From: Gammaproteobacteria bacterium
Lineage (GTDB): Bacteria; Pseudomonadota; Gammaproteobacteria; UBA4575
Length of the DNA: 64,000 nucleotides
Direction: 5' to 3'
Assembly: GCA_965203475.1 (NCBI GenBank)
Contig: OZ241890.1
Span: 2,089,423-2,153,422, forward strand
In this document: positions 23,824-34,941 of the stretch, one piece after another
How the letters are laid out: each line of letters starts with the position of its first letter
Position numbering within the stretch: position 1 is the first letter of the stretch
Notes under the pieces: model-generated
Databases searched by the model: none
Seen by the model: only the letters and a program-made list of their open reading frames with translations
Told to the model about the DNA's origin: nothing
Position numbers and translations under genes: made by a program

Positions 23824-25172
23824 GTGTACAGAATATTCTTGTAGTAGATGACGAGCCAGACATTCGTGATTTGGTTCAGGAAATTCTTATGGACGAAGGG
23901 TATGAGGTGAAAGTTGCCGAAGATACGACAGCAGCGCGCCAGCATGCACATCAACAACAACCTGATTTAGTGTTATTAGATATTTGGATGCCAGGGGAAG
24001 ATGGTATTAGTTTGCTAAAAGATTGGTCTAACAGTGGCGGCATACAATGCCCAGTTGTAATGATGTCAGGACATGGAACTGTAGAGACCGCTGTTGAAGC
24101 CACACGTTTAGGTGCTTTTGATTTTATTGAAAAACCACTTACAACTGCAAAATTAATCGTAAGTGTTAAGCGTGCTTTAGAAGCCAATGAAATTAAGGCT
24201 CAGAAGAAAGAATTAACATTAATTAAAGAAGAACCGATTGGAGCTAGCAAAATCATGAATGATTTGCGAGACCAAGCAAAGAAACTTGCGAAACTGGATA
24301 CATTATTGCTAATTACTGGTGAGTCTGGTGTAGGCAAGAAAACGTTTGCATCTTATATTCATGCATTAAGTGATAAACAAGACAATCGATTTGTAATGTT
24401 ATCGGAAGAAAGTTTTAATGATCAGAAAGCGATTAAAGAATTATTTGGCAGCGAAAAAAATGAGGTAATAACGCCAGGTGTATTAGAATTGGCAAAAGGT
24501 GGAACTATTTATATTAATGATGTTGCAAAAATCAATAAAGCTGGACAAAAAATATTATTACACCTTTTGCAAACTAAACAGTTTAATCGGGTTAACGGCT
24601 CTGATAATCAACAATTACTCGCACGAGTCATCGTTGCAACTCAAGCTGATTTAAAGTTCGAAGTTCAATCGAAACACTTCAGTGAAGAATTATATTTCTT
24701 ATTAAATGTAGTGCCTGTTCGCATCCCTTCACTTAGCGAACATTTAGAAGATGTGCCCGATTTAATACGTTACTACATAGATTTTTATTGTTCACAAGAA
24801 AATTATCCCTATCGAAATTTTACAATAGCGGCACAAAATTCTTTATTACATTATCCTTGGCCAGGGAATATTCGTGAGTTACGAAATTTAGTGCAAAGAC
24901 TTTTAATTCTAAGCGCATCGGATGAAATCTCTAGTGAGGAAGTGGAACTGGCCCTAAATGAATCTGGTACACCGGTTGAAAATCATTGGCATGAAGATTT
25001 ATACAAGCTCCCCTTACGGGAAGCGCGTGAGTCATTTGAACGAGGTTATTTATTGCACCAGCTGAAGCAGGTGAATGGCAATATCAGCAAACTGGCCGAT
25101 TTGGTTGGTTTAGAGCGTACCCACCTTTATCGCAAACTTCGTACACTTGGGATCAATACTAAGGATTCATAA
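23820..25172 (+). CDS. ntrX: NtrX/NtrC-family response regulator with degenerate sigma54-interaction motif
   Basis: 450 aa. Receiver (VVDDEPDIRD...LLDIWMPGEDG), AAA+ P-loop GESGVGKKTFA, Fis-type HTH at C-terminus. ELFGSEKNEVITPG replaces ELFGHEKGAFTGA. Confidence 0.75.
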   Translation: MSVQNILVVDDEPDIRDLVQEILMDEGYEVKVAEDTTAARQHAHQQQPDLVLLDIWMPGEDGISLLKDWSNSGGIQCPVVMMSGHGTVETAVEATRLGAFDFIEKPLTTAKLIVSVKRALEANEIKAQKKELTLIKEEPIGASKIMNDLRDQAKKLAKLDTLLLITGESGVGKKTFASYIHALSDKQDNRFVMLSEESFNDQKAIKELFGSEKNEVITPGVLELAKGGTIYINDVAKINKAGQKILLHLLQTKQFNRVNGSDNQQLLARVIVATQADLKFEVQSKHFSEELYFLLNVVPVRIPSLSEHLEDVPDLIRYYIDFYCSQENYPYRNFTIAAQNSLLHYPWPGNIRELRNLVQRLLILSASDEISSEEVELALNESGTPVENHWHEDLYKLPLREARESFERGYLLHQLKQVNGNISKLADLVGLERTHLYRKLRTLGINTKDS

Positions 25173-25265
25173 GCCACATATCGAAAATTACTTGCAACCG
25201 CCTAGTGATTTCACCTATGCTGCGCCGCCTGCCTAAGCAATCTTGATGCTTTATAAGGAAAGTCT

Positions 25266-26639
25266 ATGAAAATCATAATCTTAGGTGCAGGTCAGGTAGG
25301 CGGGTCTTTGGCCCTAAGCCTGGCTAATGAAGATAATGACATTACCCTGGTCGATATGGATGCAACCGTGTTGCAAGATATACAGGATCGGGCCGATTTG
25401 CGTACCGTAGTGGGAGAGGCTTCTCATCCGTCGGTACTAGCACGTGCTGGTGCCAAGGATGCAGATATGGTGATCGCACTTACCAATAGTGATGAAACCA
25501 ATATGGTAGCGTGCCAAGTAGCCTATACCTTATTTCATACACCCACCAAAATTGCACGTATACGTGCCGTAGAATACTTAAGCTATTCCGATTTGTTTGT
25601 GCAAGAAGCTTTACCGGTAGATGTTTTGATTAGCCCCGAGCATTTGATTTCGCAATACATACAACAATTAATTAAACATCCTGGTTCATTACAAGTATTA
25701 GATTTTGCAGATAACAAAATTAAATTGTTAGTTATGCGTGCAGAAGAAGGAAGCTCCTTAGTTGGCAGACGTTTGCGAGATATTTGGGAGTTGATGCCTG
25801 AAACAGAAGCAAAAGTTGTTGCACTTTATCGAAACAATATTTCGATTGGGGTTGCAAGCGAAACTATAATTCAGCCAAATGACGAAATATTTTTTCTTGC
25901 ATCATCCAATAATGCAATAGAGTTAACACGACAACTGCGCGGCACCAACAAGCCTTATAAGCGTATTTTACTGGCTGGTGGTGGCAACATTGGATTTCAT
26001 CTTGCCAAGTCACTCGAAAATAATTATCAAGTAAAAATTATTGAACGCTACCCAGAGCGTACGCAATTTCTATCCGAATCATTAGATAAGGCTATTGTAT
26101 TACAAGGAGATGCTGCGGATCAGGATATGCTAGTTGAAGAAAATATAGAAAATATGGATGTGTTTTGTGCATTAACAAATGACGATGAAGCCAATATTTT
26201 ATCTGCCATGCTTGCGAAACGTTTGGGCGCAAATACCGTAATGTCGTTAATTAACCGTCCAAGTTATGTAGACCTTGTCGAAAGTGGCACCATCGATATC
26301 GCGATTTCCCCGCAACAGGTTACTTTAGGTACCTTGCTAGCACATGTGCGAAAAGGCGATATTGTGGCAGTGCATTCTTTACGCCGTGGTGCGGCTGAAG
26401 CCATCGAAGCGGTAGCACATGGAGATGATAAAACGTCAAAAGTGGTTGGCCGCAAGATCGAAGAAATAGAACTTCCTAAAGGTGCAACCATTGGCGCAAT
26501 CGCTCGAGGCGATGAGGTCATAATTGCGGAAGCAGATGTCGTTATTGAATCCGAAGACCATGTCATTATTTTTCTCGCTGACAAAACAGGCGTAAAAGAA
26601 ACGGAACGTTTGTTCCAAGTCAGCGCAACTTTCATTTAA
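25266..26639 (+). CDS. trkA: Trk potassium uptake system NAD-binding subunit
   Basis: 457 aa. Two RCK/TrkA-N domains (MKIIILGAGQVGGSLA and LLAGGGNIGFHLA). Confidence 0.9.
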   Translation: MKIIILGAGQVGGSLALSLANEDNDITLVDMDATVLQDIQDRADLRTVVGEASHPSVLARAGAKDADMVIALTNSDETNMVACQVAYTLFHTPTKIARIRAVEYLSYSDLFVQEALPVDVLISPEHLISQYIQQLIKHPGSLQVLDFADNKIKLLVMRAEEGSSLVGRRLRDIWELMPETEAKVVALYRNNISIGVASETIIQPNDEIFFLASSNNAIELTRQLRGTNKPYKRILLAGGGNIGFHLAKSLENNYQVKIIERYPERTQFLSESLDKAIVLQGDAADQDMLVEENIENMDVFCALTNDDEANILSAMLAKRLGANTVMSLINRPSYVDLVESGTIDIAISPQQVTLGTLLAHVRKGDIVAVHSLRRGAAEAIEAVAHGDDKTSKVVGRKIEEIELPKGATIGAIARGDEVIIAEADVVIESEDHVIIFLADKTGVKETERLFQVSATFI

Positions 26640-26690
26640 CACAATTTCTTTTTGTAGTTTTTTTAATTTCCAAATACCAGTCAACTTAGA

Positions 26691-28142
26691 ATGCAAAGAC
26701 AAGTTATACAGCGGGTCTTAGGAATTTTACTTGCATGGTTTAGCGTAACCATGTTGCTGCCAATTATTGTCGGCATGTTATACAAAGAAAATTCCGCTAT
26801 GCCGTTTATATCTGCATTTGTAATTACCGTTATTACAGGTTTGTTATTGTGGTATCCAGTTCGCAGCTATCAAGAAGAAATGCGATTAAGAGATGGATTT
26901 TTAATTGTCGTTTTATTTTGGTCAGTATTGGGCACGTTTGGCGCACTACCCTTTATATTTAGCCAGCCACTTTCTCTTAGTATTACGGATGCTGTATTTG
27001 AATCGATATCTGGATTAACAACCACTGGCGCAACTGTAATTACTAATTTAGATGATTTACCAAAGTCGATTTTATTTTATCGACAGTTATTACAATGGTT
27101 GGGAGGGATGGGAATCATTGTATTGGCTGTCGCGATTTTACCTATGTTAGGTGTAGGAGGTATGCAACTTTATCGAGCTGAAACACCTGGACCTATTAAA
27201 GACACTAAGCTTACGCCGCGAATAAAGGAAACTGCAAAAGCACTTTGGTATATCTATCTCTCTCTTACGGTTGCATGCACTTTAGGCTACTGGTTTGCTG
27301 GCATGGATGCATTTGATGCCATTGGACATAGTTTTTCTACAGTCGCAATTGGAGGATTTTCAACTCACAATGAAAGCATCGGTTATTTTAGAAGTGCGCC
27401 TATTGAAACGGTTTCGATCATTTTTATGATTTTGTCAGGTGCAAATTTCGGCTTGCATTTTATTACATGGAAATCCCAAAGCTTGCGTCACTACATTCAA
27501 GATGCAGAATTTAAAACCTATTTGTTTGTAATTTTTGCAGTCACTTTAATTACGACTGTATTTTTGAGAAATGCTGAGGTCTATTTGAGCTGGGACGATG
27601 CGTTCGCAAAAGCAGTTTTCCATGCTGTTTCGATTGGAACGACCACCGGGTTTACAACTTCGCATTATCATTTCTGGCCCAGCTTTTTACCGGTAATGCT
27701 AATCTTTGCTAGCTTTATTGGCGGATGTATGGGATCTACAGGTGGAGGCATGAAAGTGATTCGCGTGCTGTTACTCGTCAAACAAGGATCAAGGGAAATG
27801 CTGCGTCTTATTCATCCCAGTGCAAAAATTACGGTAAAACTTGGTTCCAAAGCGGTAGATAGTCGCGTAATTGAAGCCGTGTGGGGATTTTTCTCCGCTT
27901 ACATTGGTGTGTTTGTCGTGATGTTACTTTTACTAATGGCAACTGGTTTGGACCAAGTGACTGCTTTTTCTGCGGTTGCCGCAACGCTGAATAACTTAGG
28001 CCCGGGTCTGGGCGAAGTCGGTGCAAACTACACCGCGATTAATGACTTTAGCAAATGGATTTTATGCTTAGGCATGTTGTTAGGGCGGTTAGAGATTTTT
28101 ACGCTTCTGGTAATTTTGACACCAGCATTTTGGAAACGATAA
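26691..28142 (+). CDS. trkH: Trk potassium uptake membrane subunit
   Basis: 483 aa polytopic with repeated selectivity-filter-like TTTGA/TTTGF loops. Confidence 0.85.
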   Translation: MQRQVIQRVLGILLAWFSVTMLLPIIVGMLYKENSAMPFISAFVITVITGLLLWYPVRSYQEEMRLRDGFLIVVLFWSVLGTFGALPFIFSQPLSLSITDAVFESISGLTTTGATVITNLDDLPKSILFYRQLLQWLGGMGIIVLAVAILPMLGVGGMQLYRAETPGPIKDTKLTPRIKETAKALWYIYLSLTVACTLGYWFAGMDAFDAIGHSFSTVAIGGFSTHNESIGYFRSAPIETVSIIFMILSGANFGLHFITWKSQSLRHYIQDAEFKTYLFVIFAVTLITTVFLRNAEVYLSWDDAFAKAVFHAVSIGTTTGFTTSHYHFWPSFLPVMLIFASFIGGCMGSTGGGMKVIRVLLLVKQGSREMLRLIHPSAKITVKLGSKAVDSRVIEAVWGFFSAYIGVFVVMLLLLMATGLDQVTAFSAVAATLNNLGPGLGEVGANYTAINDFSKWILCLGMLLGRLEIFTLLVILTPAFWKR

Positions 28143-28152
28143 CTTGAGTTAA

Positions 28153-28746
28153 ATGAAAACAATAGATGTTAAAAAGAAGTGGAATCAAATTTACTCAAGT
28201 GGTGACTTATTAAATAGTCCACCCGCGAATGTTTTAACCCAATTTTCATTTTTGTTGCCCAAGAAAGGTTATGCGCTGGATATTGCCTCGGGTTTGGGCA
28301 CAAATTCTATTTTTTTAGCACAACATGGGTTGCATGTTGAAGCATGGGACATCTCTGAACAAGCTCAGCAAAAATTACAACAAAAACTTGAAACAAATGC
28401 TGAATTTTCGCAGCTTTCATTAAATTCTATAGTGCGGGATGTGCAGGCAAATCCTCCTGCACAATGTTCATTTGATGTAATTTGTGTGTGTTACTTTTTA
28501 GAACGCAGTATAAGCCGACACATTATTCAAGCACTTAAGCCAAACGGGCTTTTGTTTTACGAAACATTTATACATGAAAAAGTCACAGATTCAGGTCCAA
28601 GTACTCCAGAGTTTAGATTAGGTGAAAATGAGTTATTGTCTCTTTTTTCAGAATTACATATTTTGCAATATCAGGAGTATGGAACTGTGGGTGATGTAAA
28701 ACAAGGTACGCGAAATATTGCAAGTTTAGTGGCGCAAAAAAGATAG
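28153..28746 (+). CDS. class I SAM-dependent methyltransferase (TehB-like)
   Basis: 197 aa. Motif I LDIASGLGTNSIFLA. Confidence 0.6.
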   Translation: MKTIDVKKKWNQIYSSGDLLNSPPANVLTQFSFLLPKKGYALDIASGLGTNSIFLAQHGLHVEAWDISEQAQQKLQQKLETNAEFSQLSLNSIVRDVQANPPAQCSFDVICVCYFLERSISRHIIQALKPNGLLFYETFIHEKVTDSGPSTPEFRLGENELLSLFSELHILQYQEYGTVGDVKQGTRNIASLVAQKR

Positions 28747-28766
28747 TAAAAATTTTAAAACACCTC

Positions 28767-29726
28767 ATGGCATTGTTAGATTTTTATCCTGCTATACAAC
28801 CTCATCATGAATTTCAGTTAAAGGTATCCGAGCTTCATACACTGTGGATTGAAGAGTGTGGAAATCCACAGGGTATTCCCGTGGTATTTTTACATGGAGG
28901 GCCAGGTGCAGCATGCGAAAAATTTCACAGACAATTTTTCGATCCAGCTCTTTATAGAATCATTTTGTTCGATCAGCGTGGTTGTGGGCGCTCAACACCT
29001 CATGCAGAATTGCGTGAAAACACAACTCAATTATTAATAGAAGATATTGAAACAATTCGTAAACACTTAAATATAGAACAGTGGTTGGTGTTTGGTGGTT
29101 CTTGGGGTTCCACCTTAGCTTTGGCTTATGCTCAATCATATCCGAGTACTGTCAGAGGATTAATTCTTAGAGGTATTTTTTTATGTCGACCAAGAGACAT
29201 ACACTGGTTTTATCAAGAAGGAGCAAGTTATATCTACCCTGATTTATGGCAGCAATACATAAGTATTATTCCAGAAGAAGAACGAAAAAATATGGTGGCT
29301 GCGTATTACAAACAGTTAACTTCTGAAGACGAATCTGTACAGCAACGAGCGGCACAAGCCTGGTCTGTGTGGGAGGGTAGCACTTCAAATTTAGTTCAAC
29401 GATCGTCTGTAGTGGATCATTTTGCCAATTCGAAAGTGGCGCTAAGTTTAGCTCGTATTGAATGTCATTACTTTATGCACGATTCTTTTTTGCAGCCGAA
29501 CCAACTTTTAAACAACATGGAAATTTTAAAAGATATTCCTGGGGTAATTGTACATGGAAGGTATGATGTAGTGTGCCCTATTGAACAGGCGTATTTATTA
29601 CACCAGGTATGGCCAAATTCCGAATTTATAATTGCACCTACATCCGGTCATTCGGCAACAGAAGATGAAATAGTGGATGCACTAATTCAAGCGACAAATA
29701 AGTTCAGTAAGTTACTGAGTAATTAA
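28767..29726 (+). CDS. pip: prolyl aminopeptidase (alpha/beta hydrolase)
   Basis: 319 aa. HGGPGA oxyanion region and nucleophile elbow GGSWGS. Confidence 0.8.
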   Translation: MALLDFYPAIQPHHEFQLKVSELHTLWIEECGNPQGIPVVFLHGGPGAACEKFHRQFFDPALYRIILFDQRGCGRSTPHAELRENTTQLLIEDIETIRKHLNIEQWLVFGGSWGSTLALAYAQSYPSTVRGLILRGIFLCRPRDIHWFYQEGASYIYPDLWQQYISIIPEEERKNMVAAYYKQLTSEDESVQQRAAQAWSVWEGSTSNLVQRSSVVDHFANSKVALSLARIECHYFMHDSFLQPNQLLNNMEILKDIPGVIVHGRYDVVCPIEQAYLLHQVWPNSEFIIAPTSGHSATEDEIVDALIQATNKFSKLLSN

Positions 29727-29727
29727 C

Positions 29728-30174
29728 ATGATCGCATTGCTACAGCGGGTACAGATGGCAAGTGTTGAAGTACAGAAAGAAACCATTGCCAGTGTAAACT
29801 ATGGAATGTTGGTATTTTTAGCCGTGCAAAAAAATGATAATAAGGCGAGTGCACAACGCATGTGTGAGAAATTACTGACCTATCGAATATTTTCGGATCA
29901 TGAACAAAAAATGAATAAAAATATTCAGGACATACAGGGTGGAATTTTATTAGTGCCTCAATTCACATTAGCTGCGGATACTCATCGAGGACTGAGGCCT
30001 AGTTTTTCAAACGCGGCTGCTCCTGCTAAAGGTGAAATACTATTTGATCATTTATTAAACAAATTATCTGAAAATTATGCTAAGGTTAAAGCCGGAATGT
30101 TTGGTGCTGACATGCAAGTCCAATTAATAAATGATGGCCCGGTAACATTTTGGCTTGAAGTAAAGGCAGAATAA
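29728..30174 (+). CDS. dtd: D-aminoacyl-tRNA deacylase
   Basis: 148 aa. MIALLQRV...FLAVQ start and SQFTL-like/NDGPVT C-terminus typical of Dtd. Confidence 0.85.
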   Translation: MIALLQRVQMASVEVQKETIASVNYGMLVFLAVQKNDNKASAQRMCEKLLTYRIFSDHEQKMNKNIQDIQGGILLVPQFTLAADTHRGLRPSFSNAAAPAKGEILFDHLLNKLSENYAKVKAGMFGADMQVQLINDGPVTFWLEVKAE

Positions 30175-30228
30175 TTAATTACTTAGTCCCCTAGATAACC
30201 CGTAACTACTACACCTACACCTACGACT

Positions 30229-30822
30229 GTGACTGCTCGTATTGCTAGTGTTGAACGCAACACCAACGAAACTAAAATCTCAATTAATTTAAATATTGAT
30301 GGATCGGGGCAGTCCACCTTGAATACTGGTTTACCTTTCTTTGAACACATGTTGGATCAAGTGGCGCGCCACGGAATGTTGGATCTTGAAATTGATGCAA
30401 AAGGCGATCTTGAAATTGACGCACACCATACTGTCGAAGATGTAGGCATCACACTTGGACAGGCATTTGCAAAAGCTTTAAATGATAAAAAAGGTATTCG
30501 ACGTTATGGACATGCCTATGTGCCATTAGATGAAGCTTTATCACGTGCGGTAATTGATTTTTCTGGAAGACCAGGATTGGAATTTCGCGCACAGTTCCCA
30601 CGTGCACGCGTTGGTGACTTTGATGTGGACTTAACGCATGAGTTTTTTCAAGGTTTTGTTAATCATGCAAATGTTACTTTGCACATTGATAATATTGTGG
30701 GCGCAAATTCACATCATATTGCTGAAACAATTTTTAAAGCATTTGGCCGTGCAATTCGTATGGCAATTGAAGCAGACTCAAGAATGAGTGGAATCGTTCC
30801 TTCAACTAAAGGCAGTTTGTAA
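30229..30822 (+). CDS. hisB: imidazoleglycerol-phosphate dehydratase (monofunctional)
   Basis: 197 aa. IGPD Mn-binding histidines ([14 protein letters not shown]). Confidence 0.9.
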   Translation: MTARIASVERNTNETKISINLNIDGSGQSTLNTGLPFFEHMLDQVARHGMLDLEIDAKGDLEIDAHHTVEDVGITLGQAFAKALNDKKGIRRYGHAYVPLDEALSRAVIDFSGRPGLEFRAQFPRARVGDFDVDLTHEFFQGFVNHANVTLHIDNIVGANSHHIAETIFKAFGRAIRMAIEADSRMSGIVPSTKGSL

Positions 30823-30844
30823 ATTCTAAATTTCTAAAATAATA

Positions 30845-31495
30845 ATGAGTTCAATTGCAATCGTGGATTATGGAATGGGCAATCTATACTCGGTGGCGAA
30901 AGCTGTTGAGTATGTTGCATCATCCGGTGATCAAGTTTTTATTACCTCAAATGCTGACGAGCTCGTCAGTAGTGATAAAGTAATTTTCCCCGGGCAAGGT
31001 GCTGCGCGAGATTGCATGAGCGCATTAAATAAATACGAATTAACAATAGCTATTCATGAAACTGCTAAAGAGAAACCTTTTTTGGGAATTTGTATGGGAA
31101 TGCAAGTATTGATGAAAAACAGTGAAGAAAACGAAGGTACGCAATGTTTAAATATATATGATGGTTCCGTCGAATATTTTGGTAAATATATTTCTAATAA
31201 CAATACTAAGCAAAGTTACAAAATCCCGCACATGGGTTGGAATGCAATTTCTCAACAACAATCGCACCCATTATGGAAAGACATTCCAGACGCAAGTTAC
31301 TTCTATTTTGTACATAGTTATTTCGTGAATTGTAATAACCGTAATCTTATTGCAGGCGCTACAGAATATGGTGTGCAATTTACTTCAGTAATTGCAAACG
31401 AGAATGTATTTGCTATGCAATGTCATCCCGAAAAAAGTGCCAGTGTAGGGTTACAGCTTTTAAAAAATTTTGTACATTGGGATGGAAGTAGTTAA
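30845..31495 (+). CDS. hisH: imidazole glycerol phosphate synthase glutaminase subunit
   Basis: 216 aa class-I GATase (GICMGMQ, HPEKS). Confidence 0.9.
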   Translation: MSSIAIVDYGMGNLYSVAKAVEYVASSGDQVFITSNADELVSSDKVIFPGQGAARDCMSALNKYELTIAIHETAKEKPFLGICMGMQVLMKNSEENEGTQCLNIYDGSVEYFGKYISNNNTKQSYKIPHMGWNAISQQQSHPLWKDIPDASYFYFVHSYFVNCNNRNLIAGATEYGVQFTSVIANENVFAMQCHPEKSASVGLQLLKNFVHWDGSS

Positions 31496-31507
31496 ATATA
31501 ATCAAAA

Positions 31508-32246
31508 CATGATTGTAATACCTGCAATTGATTTAAAAGATGGAAAATGTGTGCGCCTACGACAAGGCGCTATGGATGATGTAACCGTTTTTTCGGAAGA
31601 CCCTGTAGCAGTTGCAGAACAATGGATTGAGCAAGGTGCACGCCGTATTCACATTGTTGATTTAGATGGAGCCTCTGCCGGCATTCCTAGAAATGCTGAT
31701 TTAATACATACCATTGCTGATAACCATCCAGACATTCCTATTCAAGTCGGGGGCGGTATACGAGATGAAGATACGGTGCAGGCGTATCTTGATGCAGGTG
31801 TACAGTATGTCATTATCGGTACAAAAGCTGTGAGCGCACCCCATTTTGTAAATGATCTATGTCTAGAATTTCCAGGCCACATCATCATAGGGCTTGATGC
31901 AAAAGACGGGAAAGTAGCTATTGATGGTTGGTCTAAACTTTCGCATCACGATGTTATTGATATGGCACAACATTTTGAAGCGGATGGTGTTGCCGCTATT
32001 ATTTTTACGGACATTAGCCGGGATGGTATGTTAGATGGATTGAATGTGGAGGCCACTGCCGAACTCTCAAGCAATATTCATATCCCAGTCATTGCTTCCG
32101 GCGGAGTTACAGATGAGAAAGATATTAAAAAATTATGCGAATGTGATGAAGAAGGGATCATCGGTGTAATTGTTGGTCGTGCTTTGTATGAAGGCACTAT
32201 TGATTTGCAACATGCGCAAAATCTTGCAGACACTTATCCATCTTAA
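31508..32246 (+). CDS. hisA: ProFAR isomerase (start placed at MIVIPAIDL)
   Basis: TIM-barrel HisA motifs ([19 protein letters not shown]). Confidence 0.85.
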
Positions 32247-32309
32247 ATTTAAAATTTTCTTAACTCTTTAACTTTGTGTACCACAAAGTAACTAATATCT
32301 AAATTTCCG

Positions 32310-33083
32310 ATGCCGCTTGCGAAAAGAATTATTCCTTGTCTTGATGTGGATGTCGGGCGTGTTGTTAAAGGCGTTAAATTTGTTGATATACGTGATGCTG
32401 GAGATCCTGTTGAGGTGGCAAAACGATATGACAGCGAAGGTGCGGATGAAATAACATTTTTAGATATTACTGCTAGTTTTGACAATCGTAATACAATGGT
32501 GAATGTTGTAGAAAAAGTGGCTGAACAAGTGTTTATTCCGCTGACAGTAGGGGGTGGTATAAGAAAAGTTGAAGATATACGCACCATGCTAAATGCAGGT
32601 GCGGATAAAGTAGGTATAAATACGGCAGCAGTATTTAATCCGGAATTTGTACGCGAAGCCAGTGAAAAAGTTGGTTCACAATGTATTGTTGTAGCAATCG
32701 ATGCCAAACAAATTAGCCAAGCAAATGAACCTTTACAGTGGGAAATTTTTACGCATGGTGGACGCAAGCCCACTGGACTGGATGCCCTGGAATGGGCAGT
32801 TAAAATGCAAAACTATGGCGCTGGGGAAATTTTACTGACCAGTATGGATCGAGATGGAACCAAAATTGGTTTTGATTTAGAGCTTACCCGAGCCATCAGT
32901 GAGTCCGTTGGTATTCCCGTTATAGCCTCCGGGGGTGTCGGCACATTGGAACATTTGGCTGAGGGGGTAACAATGGGTAAGGCAGACGCTGTACTGGCGG
33001 CAAGTATATTTCATTTTGGTGAATACTCTATCCAACAAGCCAAGGAATATATGTCTGCAAAAGGTATTATGATGCGGCTCTAA
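32310..33083 (+). CDS. hisF: imidazole glycerol phosphate synthase cyclase subunit
   Basis: 257 aa (IIPCLDV, TVGGGIR, ASGG). Confidence 0.9.
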   Translation: MPLAKRIIPCLDVDVGRVVKGVKFVDIRDAGDPVEVAKRYDSEGADEITFLDITASFDNRNTMVNVVEKVAEQVFIPLTVGGGIRKVEDIRTMLNAGADKVGINTAAVFNPEFVREASEKVGSQCIVVAIDAKQISQANEPLQWEIFTHGGRKPTGLDALEWAVKMQNYGAGEILLTSMDRDGTKIGFDLELTRAISESVGIPVIASGGVGTLEHLAEGVTMGKADAVLAASIFHFGEYSIQQAKEYMSAKGIMMRL

Positions 33084-33111
33084 GCGACGCAAAGAGTTAA
33101 AATGCTAAAAA

Positions 33112-33432
33112 ATGAATGACGATACCTTGCAGAATTTATCTAATATTTTAGAGCAACGAAAACATGCGAATTCAGACGAGTCTTATGTGGCCAGTTTATA
33201 TGAAGCAGGGCTGAAAAAGATTTTAGGAAAAATTAATGAAGAGGCAAAGGAGGCAATCGAGGCTGCATCAGAAGATGATACCCAGCATTTAATACATGAG
33301 GTGGCTGATTTGTGGTTTCATTGTATGGTACTGCTGGCGCATAAAAATTTAGACTATACCGATGTATTACGTGAACTAGATAATAGATTTGGCATTTCTG
33401 GTTTAAAAGAGAAAGCACAACGTAAACGGTAA
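33112..33432 (+). CDS. hisE: phosphoribosyl-ATP pyrophosphatase (stand-alone HisE)
   Basis: 106 aa. MazG-like EExxE pattern (EEAKEAIEAASEDD). No fused HisI domain. Confidence 0.75.
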   Translation: MNDDTLQNLSNILEQRKHANSDESYVASLYEAGLKKILGKINEEAKEAIEAASEDDTQHLIHEVADLWFHCMVLLAHKNLDYTDVLRELDNRFGISGLKEKAQRKR

Positions 33433-33468
33433 ATAGTAAATATGCACATTATTAAAGGAGTGTAGATT

Positions 33469-33654
33469 ATGGGAATTAGTCCTTGGCAATTACTCATCGT
33501 ATTACTCATTGTGGTGTTAATTTTTGGCACAAAAAAATTAAGATCGATGGGCGGCGATGTCGGTAGTGCTGTTAAAAATTTCAAAAAGTCGATGAAAGAC
33601 GAAAGCGAAGATTCAGACGACGAACCATCTGATGACACTTCACCAAAAGAATAG
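33469..33654 (+). CDS. tatA: twin-arginine translocase subunit TatA
   Basis: 61 aa. [23 protein letters not shown] followed by an amphipathic helix. Confidence 0.9.
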   Translation: MGISPWQLLIVLLIVVLIFGTKKLRSMGGDVGSAVKNFKKSMKDESEDSDDEPSDDTSPKE

Positions 33655-33660
33655 TAATTA

Positions 33661-34038
33661 ATGTTTGATTTTGGTTTTTGGGAACTTGCCATTGTAATGG
33701 TAATAGTTCTCTTAGTGGTTGGACCAGAACGATTACCCACTCTTGCTGGCCAACTAGGAAAATGGGTTGGTAAAGTAAAACGTGTAATGGAAAGTGTACG
33801 CTCAGATATTGAATCTCAAATAAAAGCTGCAGAACTTAAAGATATTCTAGAAAAACAACAAAGTGAAATTGGCGAGCTTAAAGAGATGTTAAAAGATACG
33901 AAGAAAGAAATAGAAGAAGAGAGTGATAGAAGTCTAATTGAAGCCGTAGAAAAACACATACAGTCCACAAAAGATTCACGAACCGATCAACAAGAGTTGA
34001 CGTTTAATTCTAAAACTGAAAAGCAAGATGCCGACTGA
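33661..34038 (+). CDS. tatB: twin-arginine translocase subunit TatB
   Basis: 125 aa. MFDFGFWELAIVMVIVLLVVGPERLP. Confidence 0.85.
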   Translation: MFDFGFWELAIVMVIVLLVVGPERLPTLAGQLGKWVGKVKRVMESVRSDIESQIKAAELKDILEKQQSEIGELKEMLKDTKKEIEEESDRSLIEAVEKHIQSTKDSRTDQQELTFNSKTEKQDAD

Positions 34039-34924
34039 AGATTCTTCAGAATCAAATTTAAAACAAGAAACCTTTCTTTCACATTTACGTGAATTACGCA
34101 CACGGTTGTTATGGGTCGTAGGGCTTGTTATGGCCGTTTTCTTTTGTTTATTTCCATTTGCCAATACGCTATATGGATATTTGGCGGGCCCTCTAATGGC
34201 GCATCTCCCAGAAGGTAGCTCAATGGTTGCCATTGATGTCGCATCTCCCTTTCTAACTCCTTTTAAACTTGTATTTTTACTAAGTATTGTTTTAGCGATC
34301 CCAGTTATTCTTTATCACGCATGGGCATTTATTGCCCCTGGTTTATACGGCCATGAAAAACGTTTCGTTTTTCCTATCCTAATATCAAGCTCAATACTTT
34401 TTTATGTCGGAATGGCGTTTGCTTATTTTGTGGTATTTCCGCTCATGTTTGGATTTTTTACCAAAGTGGCTCCACAAGGTGTGACGGTAATGACCGATAT
34501 TGGAAGATATTTAGATTTTGTAATGAAAATTTTTATTGCATTTGGTGTAGCGTTTGAAGTTCCAATTGTGACACTGGTAATGGTAAAACTGGGCATGACT
34601 ACGCCACAAAAGTTGGCGGATAAAAGACCCTATGTCATTGTTGCGGCATTTGTGATTGGTATGTTGCTTACACCACCCGATGTAATATCACAGGTTTTGC
34701 TGGCCATTCCAGTATGGATATTATTTGAATTAGGTTTGGTGTTAGCACGTTTAATGGTAAATAATAGGGCCTCTACAAAAAGCAAATCAGAGAAGGAATC
34801 ATCTAAAAAAGAACCACGATTTCAACCACTTACAGATGAAGAACAGGAAATGGAACTGGATGAAAAGGAACTTTTAGACGATACAGAGCCCTCTATAGAT
34901 AACGCCGATAGTAAAACGCTTTAG
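34028..34924 (+). CDS. tatC: twin-arginine translocase subunit TatC
   Basis: 298 aa. Six TM helices. LSHLRELRTRLL N-terminal signature. Confidence 0.9.
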   Translation: MPTEDSSESNLKQETFLSHLRELRTRLLWVVGLVMAVFFCLFPFANTLYGYLAGPLMAHLPEGSSMVAIDVASPFLTPFKLVFLLSIVLAIPVILYHAWAFIAPGLYGHEKRFVFPILISSSILFYVGMAFAYFVVFPLMFGFFTKVAPQGVTVMTDIGRYLDFVMKIFIAFGVAFEVPIVTLVMVKLGMTTPQKLADKRPYVIVAAFVIGMLLTPPDVISQVLLAIPVWILFELGLVLARLMVNNRASTKSKSEKESSKKEPRFQPLTDEEQEMELDEKELLDDTEPSIDNADSKTL

Positions 34925-34941
34925 TACATTTATATTTTTTC

